Below are positions 1 to 8,973 of a DNA stretch of 60,764 bases, piece after piece (position 1 is the first letter of the stretch; each line of letters begins with the position of its first letter). The notes beneath the pieces were generated by a model. That model saw only the letters and a list, made by a program, of their open reading frames with translations. It had not been told where the DNA came from and made no database searches. The DNA lies in NCBI GenBank assembly GCA_903918335.1, contig CAIXDX010000103.1, forward strand, positions 1-60,764, read 5' to 3'. A program made the position numbers and the translations under genes. Origin of the DNA: an uncultured Methylococcaceae bacterium. GTDB lineage: Bacteria > Pseudomonadota > Gammaproteobacteria > Methylococcales > Methylomonadaceae.

Positions 1-210
1 AGTTAAAAACAGTACAAACACAATCAGCGTCAACAGCAATAAGGTTGACTTATTACCGGTAGGCACGACGCGATCATAGACTTGTAACATATACAGCGAA
101 GGCACGAGCATCAAGATATTGATGATCATGCTGAAACCTGCCGCAGATATAAAAGCACTCTTACAGTCTTTTAAAGCGAGGGTTAAATCAGAAGCATGAG
201 TCGGGTTCAT
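1..210 (-). CDS. Type I secretion ABC transporter (PrtD/AprD/RsaD family), N-terminal 70 codons, runs off the window edge
   Basis: Manual translation from ATG at 210: MNPTHASDLTLALKDCKSAFISAAGFSMIINILMLVPSLYMLQVYDRVVPTGNKSTLLLLT. The LYMLQVYDRV motif is characteristic of PrtD-type T1SS ATPases. Not in the ORF track. Confidence 0.9.
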   Translation of the reverse strand, partial: MNPTHASDLTLALKDCKSAFISAAGFSMIINILMLVPSLYMLQVYDRVVPTGNKSTLLLLTLIVFVLFLT

Positions 211-500
211 ATAAAATTATTTTAATCTTCAAATGTTTCAAAATATTTATTTACTTGATTGCAAGTTGAGTGCATTTTTTGTGAACAGATTAACTAAAAT
301 GAGTTCTAGAAAAAATTTGTTTATTTTCATTAATTCTAGATTTTTTAGTTTAAATACTTCTTCAATAAACTCATTTTGATGAAAATTTTTAGCAAACAAT
401 ACCAGTGTGTTTTTACTTTGTTTATCAGGATGACTTTGCGTTGTGCCCAGATGTTTGATAACTGAATAAATGAAATCTTGGTATCAAATATAACTTTAAT

Positions 501-541
501 AAAAAAGGGGGTTAGCTAAACTCAATGTTCAGCTAACCCCC
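501..541 (-). terminator. Rho-independent terminator of the S-layer-like gene
   Basis: GGGGGTTAGCT (507-517) and AGCTAACCCCC (531-541) form a stem, followed on the minus strand by a T-run (plus-strand A run 501-506), just after the stop at 570. Confidence 0.9.
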
Positions 542-569
542 CATTGTATGGGGTCTTAATTTTTAATGA

Positions 570-3500
570 TTAAACAGTGAAAATTCCATTGGTTAATGTG
601 ACTGAAGTAACCCCCGTTAGTACGATAGTTTCAGCAGTAGCAGCAGCATCGTTATAATAGGTTAATGAATGGGAAGTTGCATCAAAAGACCACTCACCTG
701 AGGCAACTACAGCAGCAGCTGATCCCATATCAGTACCTGTTGGAGCTGTGAAGAAACCAGAGCCATCAACATTAATAGTATCATTAGTAATTAAACCATT
801 GATCGTAGTACCACCTGCTTGAGCAAAACCTAGAACAAAAGCCTCACCATGAAGTGTTGAAGATGCAGTAATAGTATCAACCCCTGAACCATCAATAACC
901 ACAGTAGAAAAGCTATTGCCACTTAAATCCACGGTGAATGCAGCGTTAGAAGTAGCACCTAGTGTTAATGTACCTGTTGTTGTAAGACCGGCTAGTGAAG
1001 CTACTGTTCCAGTATCAGTTAAATTAACATCATAAGCAGAAGATAAGTGAACATTACTTAAACTTAATGCTGTATCTATATCCGCAACTGAACCAGACAA
1101 TTCAGTGACTGCAGTTGCATCTACTATTCCACCTGACAAGCTAGTAGTAGCAAGACTATCTATAGCAGCAACATCAGCTGAACCCGCGTCAATCGTAGCT
1201 GTTAAAGTATGAGATAAACCAGTAATTTGAGTGTTAATTAGAGCGCTTGCAATATCAGTTGCAGAACCCGTTAAGCCAGTTACCGCACTTGCATTGAAAA
1301 TACCTGTATAAACATCACTTAAATTCAAAATCGTATCAATCGTATTCAAATCAGCCGCATTAACTACGCCTGCATTAATTACGATACCTACGGTATGTGA
1401 CAAGTTCACATTATTTGGGATTAATAAGTTAGCAAGTTCACTTGCAGTACCAACTACACTCACCACACCGGTAGCGATTACGATAGCATTGGTTTCACTT
1501 GCTAGCATGGCTAAATCAGTAGCATTAACAGCAACAGCACTGACTACATTAAATGTAATATTGTTAAAGCCTAATGCATTAACATTTGGCGCATAAGTCA
1601 ATAACGTAGCGATGTTAGTATCACTGACTGTGGCAGTAATTTGACCTTCTGTGTGCAATGCTAAACTATTTAACTCAATTACTGTAATTGCAGTCGATAC
1701 GATGATTGCATAAGTAGTCGATAAACTAGTAGATAATGTTGAAGCTAGTGCTGTATCAATAGCAGTTTGCGTACCTGTGATTGATGTCACTTGTGATGCA
1801 TCAATAGTGCCCGTACCTAAAGCAACACTAGTAACAATATTGTTCAAATCAACTGCTGTTGCATTGCCTACAATTGATGCACTTGCTGCTGTACCAATAT
1901 TAAAAACACTAGTATGACTTAATACATAAGCAACATCGTTTGCAGAACCTGAAAAAGTGCTAACGGTAGAGGTATCGATTTTGATAGTTGTTTTTTGAGA
2001 CAATAAAATCAAATCAAGTGCTGCTGCAGTAGAATCAGTCACAGAAATAGTTAAATGATTAGTTGCTCCACCACCCGCTGGTATAAATGTATCTAAAGTA
2101 GCTAAATCAGTGTCACTAACTGTTGCAGTAATAATTCCTGAGGTGTAAAGCGACAAGAAATTAAGTTCTGCAACTGTTACTGTATCTGAAGGATCTAAAG
2201 TGATTGCATAAGTAGGATATAGATCAACACTCATATTTAGTAAAGCTGTATTAATATCTGCTTGTGTACCTGTCAATTCAGTGACTTGAGATGCATCGAT
2301 AATACCAGTGTAAATACCTGAAGCATTTAAAGCAGTAAAGATAGTGTTTAAATCTGCTGCATTAACTGAACCTGCATTAACAGTTACGTTTAAAGTCGTT
2401 GAAAAGTATACATTAGGTAAGCTTAATAAGCCGGCAAGGTCACTGGCTGCACCATTGATGAGAGCCACGTTTGTCGCATCTACAGGTACATTAGTTTCAC
2501 CCGCAATTGTAGCTAAGTCCGTTGCCGCTACAGGTGTGAAACTATCGCTAGTTATGCTAAAAGTAAGGTTGTTAATGTTTTGGGCATTAACATTAGCTAC
2601 ATAAGTTAATAAAGTAGTAATGTTAGCATCACTTATTGTGGCCGTGATTTGACCTGCTGTATGTGCTGTTAAGATATTTAGCTCTGCTACAGTAATTGCA
2701 GTTGAGACTGTAACAGCATAAGTAGTCGATAAGCTTAAAGTTGCTGACGCTAAAGTAGTATCGATAGTTGCTTGAGTACCTGTAATTGATGTCACTTGAG
2801 TTGCATCAATAGTACCTGATGATAATTTGCTAACTATAGTATTTAAATCAAGCGCTGAAGCTGTTCCCGACACTATAGCACTTGCTGTAGCGCTAACAGT
2901 AACAGCACTTGCATGGTTTACTACATATGCAACATCAGTTGCCGTACCCGTAAAAGTAGTCACTGCATTGGCATTCACAGCTACCGTTGTTTTTTGAGAT
3001 AGTAATACTAAATCATGTGCATCAGCAGTAGTATCTGTGACTGTGAATGTAATGTTACCCGTCGAACCACCGCTAGTTACAAATGTATCTAAAGTCGTTA
3101 AACTTGTGTCACTTACAGTTGCAGTAATAACACCGTAAGTAAATGTGGCCAAATAATTTAGTTCAGCAACAGTTATTGTATCAGTTGGCGCTAATGTAAT
3201 AGCAAAGGCGTAAGATAAATCAGCACTCAATGCAGCTAAAGCAGCATTAATCTCTGTTTGTGTACCTGTTAATTCAGTTACTTGTGTTGCATCCAACGTA
3301 CCAGTCGTTTTTAAGGCAATTGCAGTTAGACTTGCTGCAGCAACTGATGCATCAGTAATGGTAATATTCAAAGCATTACCAGTGCCATTGATTGTTAATA
3401 GTGTAGCAACGTCATTTTCAGTGACCGTCGCTGTAATGACACCCGTAGTATGAGTTTCTATAGTGTTTATATCGGCTACTGATACAGTATCTGAAATTAT

Positions 3501-4967
3501 TATAGTTTCAGTTCCTGAAAGTGTGATACTTGTAGAATTAATAGCTGTTTTAATATCTGCAACAAGACCAGAGATGCCGGTTAAAGCGGTAGCAATAACT
3601 GGTTTAGTAATTAATGAGTCAATTGTGTTTAAATCTGCAGCATTAGCAATACTTGCTGATACCTTAACATCCACATTTGCAGAATGACTAATCCCTGTTG
3701 AACTTAACGCTTGTGCAATGTCTGCTGCAAGACCTGTGATACTTGTTACAGCGGTTGCCACAACAGTTTTAGTTGTGTTTGAATCAATTGTGTTTAAATC
3801 TGCTGCATTAGCAGTACCTGCTGATACTGTAACACCCACATTTGCAGCATGACTAATACCTGTTGAGCTTAAAGCTTTTGCAATGTCTGTTGCCATACCG
3901 GTAATAGAAGTAACCGCTGTCGCCATGACTTGAACAGTAGTTTTGGAATCAATAATATTTAAATCATTTGCAGTTGCAGTTTTGTCAGAGATCGTAATCG
4001 CATAAGCATTACCGACGCCAGTTAAAGTTTTTAGGACACCGATCGCATGATCACTTACTGTTGCAGTAATAACTCCAGTAGTGTGTGTGTGAATGGTATT
4101 TAAATCAGCTACTGAAACACTTCCCGATAAGCTAATGTTAACATGTGATGATATTGTGATTCCTGAAGTCGCATAAAGAGCTTTAACTTGAGTTGCCGTT
4201 CCAGTAACAGTTGTTACTGCAGTCGCATTAACAACGGCTGATGTTTTACTATGAATAGTCGTTAAGTCCGTTGCAGATGCTATGCCAGCAGATACAGTGA
4301 CAGCAACGTTTGCTGCTTTTGTAATGCCCGTAGAATTAAGCGCAGTTGCAATATCTGCAGCCAAGCCAGTGATAACAGTAACTGCTGAGGCATTAACCGC
4401 AACAGTTGATTTTGCATCTAATTTATTTAAGTCAGTCGCAGCGACAGAACCCGCAGCAACTGTGAAGGTAACATTAGGACCTGTATTGATGCCAGTTGAG
4501 CTAATTTCCGTAGCAATTGCTGACGCAGTACCTGTGATAGTCGTTACCGCCGTTGCATTAACTATACCAGTTGTTTTGCTATCAATGGTTGCTAAATCAG
4601 TTACAGAAACTGACCCAGCTGATACAGTAACACCAACATTTGTAGCTAAGGTAATACCCGTTGCAGTAATTGCAGTTGCAATCTGTGTTGCTGTACCCGT
4701 TATTGTCTTTGCTGCAGTTGCTACAACTTTACCTGTCGTAATTGCATCAATCAAATTTAAATCATTTGCGGTGACAGATAAATCAGTCACTGTTGCTGCA
4801 GTAATTGTAGCGGGTGCTCCTGTCGTATGGGTACCTAAGCGGATTAAATTTAATTGCGCGATGGTTGCATTATTGTTTCCACCACCGTTGTTTATTGTTA
4901 ATTTATCACCTGCTTTCCAGCCTATGCCGTTTGCTAAATTAGCAGCAGTGTTTGTGATATTTGCCAT
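570..4967 (-). CDS. Large repetitive Ala/Thr-rich surface protein, probable T1SS-exported S-layer protein or adhesin
   Basis: 1465 aa, no N-terminal signal peptide, no Cys seen, ~55-aa repeats (A.DLNTIDS.TT..V.ATAVT.ITG), RsaA-like C-terminus (ETIVLTGVTSVTLTNGIFTV), GGAG RBS, directly upstream of a T1SS ATPase. Confidence 0.75.
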   Translation of the reverse strand: MANITNTAANLANGIGWKAGDKLTINNGGGNNNATIAQLNLIRLGTHTTGAPATITAATVTDLSVTANDLNLIDAITTGKVVATAAKTITGTATQIATAITATGITLATNVGVTVSAGSVSVTDLATIDSKTTGIVNATAVTTITGTASAIATEISSTGINTGPNVTFTVAAGSVAATDLNKLDAKSTVAVNASAVTVITGLAADIATALNSTGITKAANVAVTVSAGIASATDLTTIHSKTSAVVNATAVTTVTGTATQVKALYATSGITISSHVNISLSGSVSVADLNTIHTHTTGVITATVSDHAIGVLKTLTGVGNAYAITISDKTATANDLNIIDSKTTVQVMATAVTSITGMATDIAKALSSTGISHAANVGVTVSAGTANAADLNTIDSNTTKTVVATAVTSITGLAADIAQALSSTGISHSANVDVKVSASIANAADLNTIDSLITKPVIATALTGISGLVADIKTAINSTSITLSGTETIIISDTVSVADINTIETHTTGVITATVTENDVATLLTINGTGNALNITITDASVAAASLTAIALKTTGTLDATQVTELTGTQTEINAALAALSADLSYAFAITLAPTDTITVAELNYLATFTYGVITATVSDTSLTTLDTFVTSGGSTGNITFTVTDTTADAHDLVLLSQKTTVAVNANAVTTFTGTATDVAYVVNHASAVTVSATASAIVSGTASALDLNTIVSKLSSGTIDATQVTSITGTQATIDTTLASATLSLSTTYAVTVSTAITVAELNILTAHTAGQITATISDANITTLLTYVANVNAQNINNLTFSITSDSFTPVAATDLATIAGETNVPVDATNVALINGAASDLAGLLSLPNVYFSTTLNVTVNAGSVNAADLNTIFTALNASGIYTGIIDASQVTELTGTQADINTALLNMSVDLYPTYAITLDPSDTVTVAELNFLSLYTSGIITATVSDTDLATLDTFIPAGGGATNHLTISVTDSTAAALDLILLSQKTTIKIDTSTVSTFSGSANDVAYVLSHTSVFNIGTAASASIVGNATAVDLNNIVTSVALGTGTIDASQVTSITGTQTAIDTALASTLSTSLSTTYAIIVSTAITVIELNSLALHTEGQITATVSDTNIATLLTYAPNVNALGFNNITFNVVSAVAVNATDLAMLASETNAIVIATGVVSVVGTASELANLLIPNNVNLSHTVGIVINAGVVNAADLNTIDTILNLSDVYTGIFNASAVTGLTGSATDIASALINTQITGLSHTLTATIDAGSADVAAIDSLATTSLSGGIVDATAVTELSGSVADIDTALSLSNVHLSSAYDVNLTDTGTVASLAGLTTTGTLTLGATSNAAFTVDLSGNSFSTVVIDGSGVDTITASSTLHGEAFVLGFAQAGGTTINGLITNDTINVDGSGFFTAPTGTDMGSAAAVVASGEWSFDATSHSLTYYNDAAATAETIVLTGVTSVTLTNGIFTV
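1290..3300 (-). repeat. Tandem internal duplication of about 1 kb (332-335 aa) within the surface protein; boundaries approximate
   Basis: QVTELTGTQ DNA anchors at 2265 and 3261 (996 nt apart); QVTSITGTQ anchors at 1771 and 2776 (1005 nt apart). Confidence 0.8.
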
Positions 4968-5348
4968 AATTCTTTAACTCCTAAGATGATTTGTGTTGAA
5001 TCGAATTAATAAAAAGTTGAGTTGTCTTGCATTAATAAACGATTTATGGATATGTCTTCGATGATTAATTTGCACAAAATTATGTTTTAGACAGAACGTA
5101 TTACAATGTTCTATTAACCGTGTATTCAAAATGGTTTGAATATCACTAAACTCCCATCTAAGTGATAACTAACATATAACAAGTCAACAATATCTTTAGC
5201 CACAAATTATGTATCTTGAGAAAGAGTCATTATTGCTTCAGCATGTTAAATAGTTAGAAATAGTCTGATTTGTCATAATATTAAAATAAGATGTTTTTAT
5301 TAAACGGGCCTATTTAATATGAAAACTATTTAACTTTTGTACATTCAC

Positions 5349-5393
5349 ATACTATTTGTCGAATATTACGTATTGATTAACGTTTGATTAAGG
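5349..5393 (-). promoter_or_regulatory. Candidate Pho-box-like promoter of the S-layer-like gene
   Basis: Minus strand TTAAT-N6-TTAAT-N6-GTAAT (plus 5387, 5376, 5365), 10-bp spacer, TAGTAT (5349-5354). Half-sites are degenerate and the DNA is AT-rich. Confidence 0.4.
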
Positions 5394-5715
5394 TTGTGTG
5401 ATTTGTAATGCGTTTTACTTTAGTTGAATGGTTTGAAGAAAGACGGTATTTAGACATAAACTAAAATCAGTGGTGCTAGTAAACACACTATTCGCTGCTA
5501 AAGGGGGGTATTTCAAAATTTGCGCTAGTTATAACTAAAGCCACGAAATATTGCTTGGTGTCTTTAGTCGAGGGCGGATGTTTCACTATCAGCTAAATAT
5601 GGCAGTATAAAGACCGACAGTCTCATTTATCCTAAATAAACGTTCCACCCTGATTTGAAAAGACATCAATTTATAATAATAACTAAAAGTTTTTTAAGTT
5701 AGACTAGTTATGATA

Positions 5716-8112
5716 TTAATGAATTGATTTTGTTAATGTAGCTAAAGTTTCTTTAGCTGTTGAGAAACCATAAAAATCAGAGTTTTTAGCGATAGCTTTT
5801 TGTAAATATTTGATCGCGTTGTCCGTATCTTTTGATTGGTAATAAATCATCCCCAAATGATAATTGCTTGCAGGTAATTCTGGATTAATAGCAATAACTT
5901 TTAGCATTATCTCTTTGGCTTCATTATATTTACCTAATTTGTAATTTAACCAACCTATAGTATCTAAACTATGTATATTATCTAATTTTCTTAAAGGTTC
6001 TGATAATGAATAAGCATTATCAAGTGTCATTTGATCTTTACCAAACTCCGTCAAACAAATAACTAAATTATTCAGTAAATCTAGAGAGTTTGGGTTTAAT
6101 TTATAAGCCTCTTCATAGGTAAGAATGGCTTTATCATGGTCGCCCAAAGCGTTATACATACTGGCAAGATCATTCACTAGTTCTAAATTACTTTTAGTAT
6201 TAGTCAAACCTAATTTCAACGCTTGAAGAGCATCTGTTTTTTTGTTTTGAGCATTATAGGCAATGGCAAGCATATGATAGGGTACTGTCCAATCTGGTTT
6301 AATGATAGATGCTTTATTAAATGCTGAAACAGCATCATCAAATTTCTTATCGTTAAGATAAATACTACCTAACATGTTGAGGAAGATGAAGTTCTTTGGT
6401 CGTTGTTTTAAACTTTCAGTTAAAGTTGTTATCGCTTTATCAGATTGCTTAAGTGATATATAACTTCTAATCAATTGTGTCATGGGTTCAATAGAATCAG
6501 GTTGTTTAGATAGTGCTTGTTCAAAAGCCTTAATACCTGCTTCTATCTTACCCTCTGCTTGATATCCTAGACCTGATAGATAAAAACCAACGCCTTCATC
6601 TGAGAATGTAGATTGAATACGTTTAGCAAAATCTTGAGTTTTGTCCCATTGTTTTTGAATGCTATAAATATTATAAGCACCTTGCAGGGCTAGTTTGCTT
6701 TTTGGATGTTCTTTAACGATTGTTTCAATCAATTGAGATGCTTGTTCTTTAGCACCTGTTTTTAATAAGACATTTGCTAATTCAACAGCCGCAGATTCAT
6801 CATTAGGAGTGATGGCTAATATTTTTTGCAAATTTTCCTTGGCTAAAACAGGGTCATTATTTTGAATATGCGCCGTACTCAATAGTTTAAGTACGGGTAC
6901 ATTTTGAGGTTGGTCAATCAAAACACTACGAAAATCATTGATTGCATCGTTTAATTTTCGTTCAACTAAGGCAATTTCACCTCGTAAAACAATTGAGCCC
7001 AAATCTTGTGGATGATCTTTTAATATTTGGCTGTTTAGTTCTTTTGCTTCATTAACACGTTGTGTAGAGAGTAATAAACTAGTTAGTTGAGTTTGCGCTT
7101 TTAATGTATTTGGACTTGATTTATCTAAATCGATTATTTCTTTTAAAGCTTCTTCTGCTTTATCTGTATGATTTTGGGCTAGTTCTAACTTAACCAATTC
7201 AAAACGTAATTCTATATTTTCGGGAAATTGATCAATGAGAGGCAATAGTTCAGTCATTGCAATTTCAGGCGACCTTTTATCATATAAAAAATCAACTAAT
7301 AATAATTTCGCATTTACGTCATCTGATAATTCTTCAACTGCAGTACGCAATACTTGTTCTGCGTCATCAATTTTTTTATTTGCCACCAAATACAGCATTA
7401 ATGATTTACGATGTTCAAGTTTTTTTGGCTCAATCTTAATGATAGATTCTATTATCATTTTTGCTTTATCAGACTCATTTAACTGTAAATAAATATTTGC
7501 TAACAGTGATAAGCTAGAGATGTCGTTAGAATGCTTTTCGCTGATTTTTTGAAGACTGGCAATGGATTGATCAGTCCTACCTATTTTAAATTGAATGCTA
7601 GCTAATAATAGATTGGCCTGTAAATTATCAGGTTGTTTATTTAGTATCACATTTAATTCGGTAATAGCATTATCCGTATTATTTTTAAGGATTAGTACGT
7701 TAACTAATAATATTTTAGCATCCATGTTAGTTGGATCATTAGCAAGCAATTCATTGGCAATTTTTTCCGCGTTATCAACTTGATTAGCAGATAAAAGTAA
7801 TTGCCCTAAATTTAATTTTGCTAAATTATTTTTAGGGTCTTCTGCTAAGACTGCTAAATATTGATTCGCAGCATTTTGAGCATCACCTAATTTAGTTAAA
7901 GCTTCTGCTAATTGGAAGTGGGCTTCGGTATCTTTAGGATCTAGTTGGACTGCTTCTCTGAAATAAAAGACAGACTTAGCGTAATTTCCGGCAGAAAATA
8001 ATTTTTTACCTTCTTTAATTTTATTTGATTTTTCAGCGCATCCTGAAGTGACAATTAATACGGATGAAAATGTCAGAAAAATAATATTTCGAAATAAATA
8101 TGATAGGAGCAT
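5716..8112 (-). CDS. TPR-repeat lipoprotein (PrsT-like)
   Basis: Almost entirely TPR repeats; hydrophobic stretch ending in lipobox-like TSGC favours the ATG at 8112 (ORF track starts at 8199). Confidence 0.8.
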   Translation of the reverse strand: MLLSYLFRNIIFLTFSSVLIVTSGCAEKSNKIKEGKKLFSAGNYAKSVFYFREAVQLDPKDTEAHFQLAEALTKLGDAQNAANQYLAVLAEDPKNNLAKLNLGQLLLSANQVDNAEKIANELLANDPTNMDAKILLVNVLILKNNTDNAITELNVILNKQPDNLQANLLLASIQFKIGRTDQSIASLQKISEKHSNDISSLSLLANIYLQLNESDKAKMIIESIIKIEPKKLEHRKSLMLYLVANKKIDDAEQVLRTAVEELSDDVNAKLLLVDFLYDKRSPEIAMTELLPLIDQFPENIELRFELVKLELAQNHTDKAEEALKEIIDLDKSSPNTLKAQTQLTSLLLSTQRVNEAKELNSQILKDHPQDLGSIVLRGEIALVERKLNDAINDFRSVLIDQPQNVPVLKLLSTAHIQNNDPVLAKENLQKILAITPNDESAAVELANVLLKTGAKEQASQLIETIVKEHPKSKLALQGAYNIYSIQKQWDKTQDFAKRIQSTFSDEGVGFYLSGLGYQAEGKIEAGIKAFEQALSKQPDSIEPMTQLIRSYISLKQSDKAITTLTESLKQRPKNFIFLNMLGSIYLNDKKFDDAVSAFNKASIIKPDWTVPYHMLAIAYNAQNKKTDALQALKLGLTNTKSNLELVNDLASMYNALGDHDKAILTYEEAYKLNPNSLDLLNNLVICLTEFGKDQMTLDNAYSLSEPLRKLDNIHSLDTIGWLNYKLGKYNEAKEIMLKVIAINPELPASNYHLGMIYYQSKDTDNAIKYLQKAIAKNSDFYGFSTAKETLATLTKSIH

Positions 8113-8215
8113 GAATAATAGGCCAATGAGTGTCGAATAGATATGAAAATAATCGGTATGAGTTGGCAAGGATGAGTAGTGAATTATTAATGTATTCATT
8201 AGTCATGATCCGCAT

Positions 8216-8249
8216 AGTATAAGTGTGGTATGTTACGATTTTATGAATT
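8216..8249 (-). promoter_or_regulatory. Pho-box-like promoter of the TPR gene
   Basis: Minus strand AATTCATAAAATCGTAAC (8249-8232), 10-bp spacer, TATACT (8221-8216). Confidence 0.55.
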
Positions 8250-8376
8250 TTTAAAATAATATTCTAATAAAACTTGAGATAATTAACTGATGGTTCGTTA
8301 GTTATTTTACTGGTGCTATTTTGATTGTCACTTTTACAGTCAGTCAAAAAGATATTTCAGTTTCATGAAAAAGTAT

Positions 8377-8410
8377 GCGTCATTAAACAGTCATATTTAG
8401 TGTTTATAAT
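8377..8410 (+). promoter_or_regulatory. Pho-box-like promoter of the gsp operon
   Basis: GCGTCATTAAACAGTCAT (GTCAT at 8379 and 8390), 10-bp spacer, perfect TATAAT at 8405-8410. Confidence 0.75.
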
Positions 8411-8418
8411 TATTAATT

Positions 8419-8949
8419 ATGAAGAATGTCTTTTTAAATAATAATTTCTTAAGTTTCAAATTTATCACCCAGCAATCTATGGTATTGTCAAATTTAGCGT
8501 TTGTTTTATCGCTTTTATATGCCATTATTTTTGTTATATCACTATTTGATTTTTACGCGCCGCCCTCAAGTTCAGTCCCTATCTCTCACACGTTTTTATT
8601 GCCACAAGCTGGTTCAGTTTCGGACCCGGTGGATTATAAAATAATAAAAGACTGGCATTTGTTTGGACAAGATTCTTCTGTTCATATTAACGAAGGTGAA
8701 ATTAAAAATACATTTCTTCAAATCAAATTATTGGGTGTTTTTTTATGGCCTAATGAGATAAATAAAAATTATGCCATTATTGAAAATGAAGATAAAACTC
8801 AACATAAATACCATCAAGGTGATGAGTTGCCAAATGGCAGAGTTTTACAATCAATAGATAAAGAGCAAGTGATATTGCGACACAATCAGCAACAAGAGTC
8901 ACTTACTTTAGACAGGAAAAGAACTGGCCTGTCGTTTATCAATAAATAA
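8419..8949 (+). CDS. gspC: T2SS protein C (TM + HR domain, no PDZ)
   Basis: N-terminal TM, WHLFG and LQIKLLGV..AIIE..Y..GD.LP HR-domain motifs; first gene before the secretin. Start may be 8479. Confidence 0.8.
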   Translation: MKNVFLNNNFLSFKFITQQSMVLSNLAFVLSLLYAIIFVISLFDFYAPPSSSVPISHTFLLPQAGSVSDPVDYKIIKDWHLFGQDSSVHINEGEIKNTFLQIKLLGVFLWPNEINKNYAIIENEDKTQHKYHQGDELPNGRVLQSIDKEQVILRHNQQQESLTLDRKRTGLSFINK

Positions 8950-8973
8950 ATTTCTATATATTAAATTAATTCT

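Noticed and set aside
570-4967. Periodic DNA similarity as a possible CRISPR array
   Set aside because: Repeats are in-frame, degenerate at third positions and contiguous, with no repeat-spacer structure and no cas genes.
4282-4977. 231-aa plus-strand ORF (also 2344-2604 and 3463-3687) opposite the S-layer-like gene
   Set aside because: Antisense shadow of Ala/Thr/Val-rich codons that rarely produce stops; no RBS or domain motifs.
5269-5287. TTGTCATAATA on the plus strand as another Pho box
   Set aside because: Single half-site, no 11-bp partner, and it points away from any gene start.
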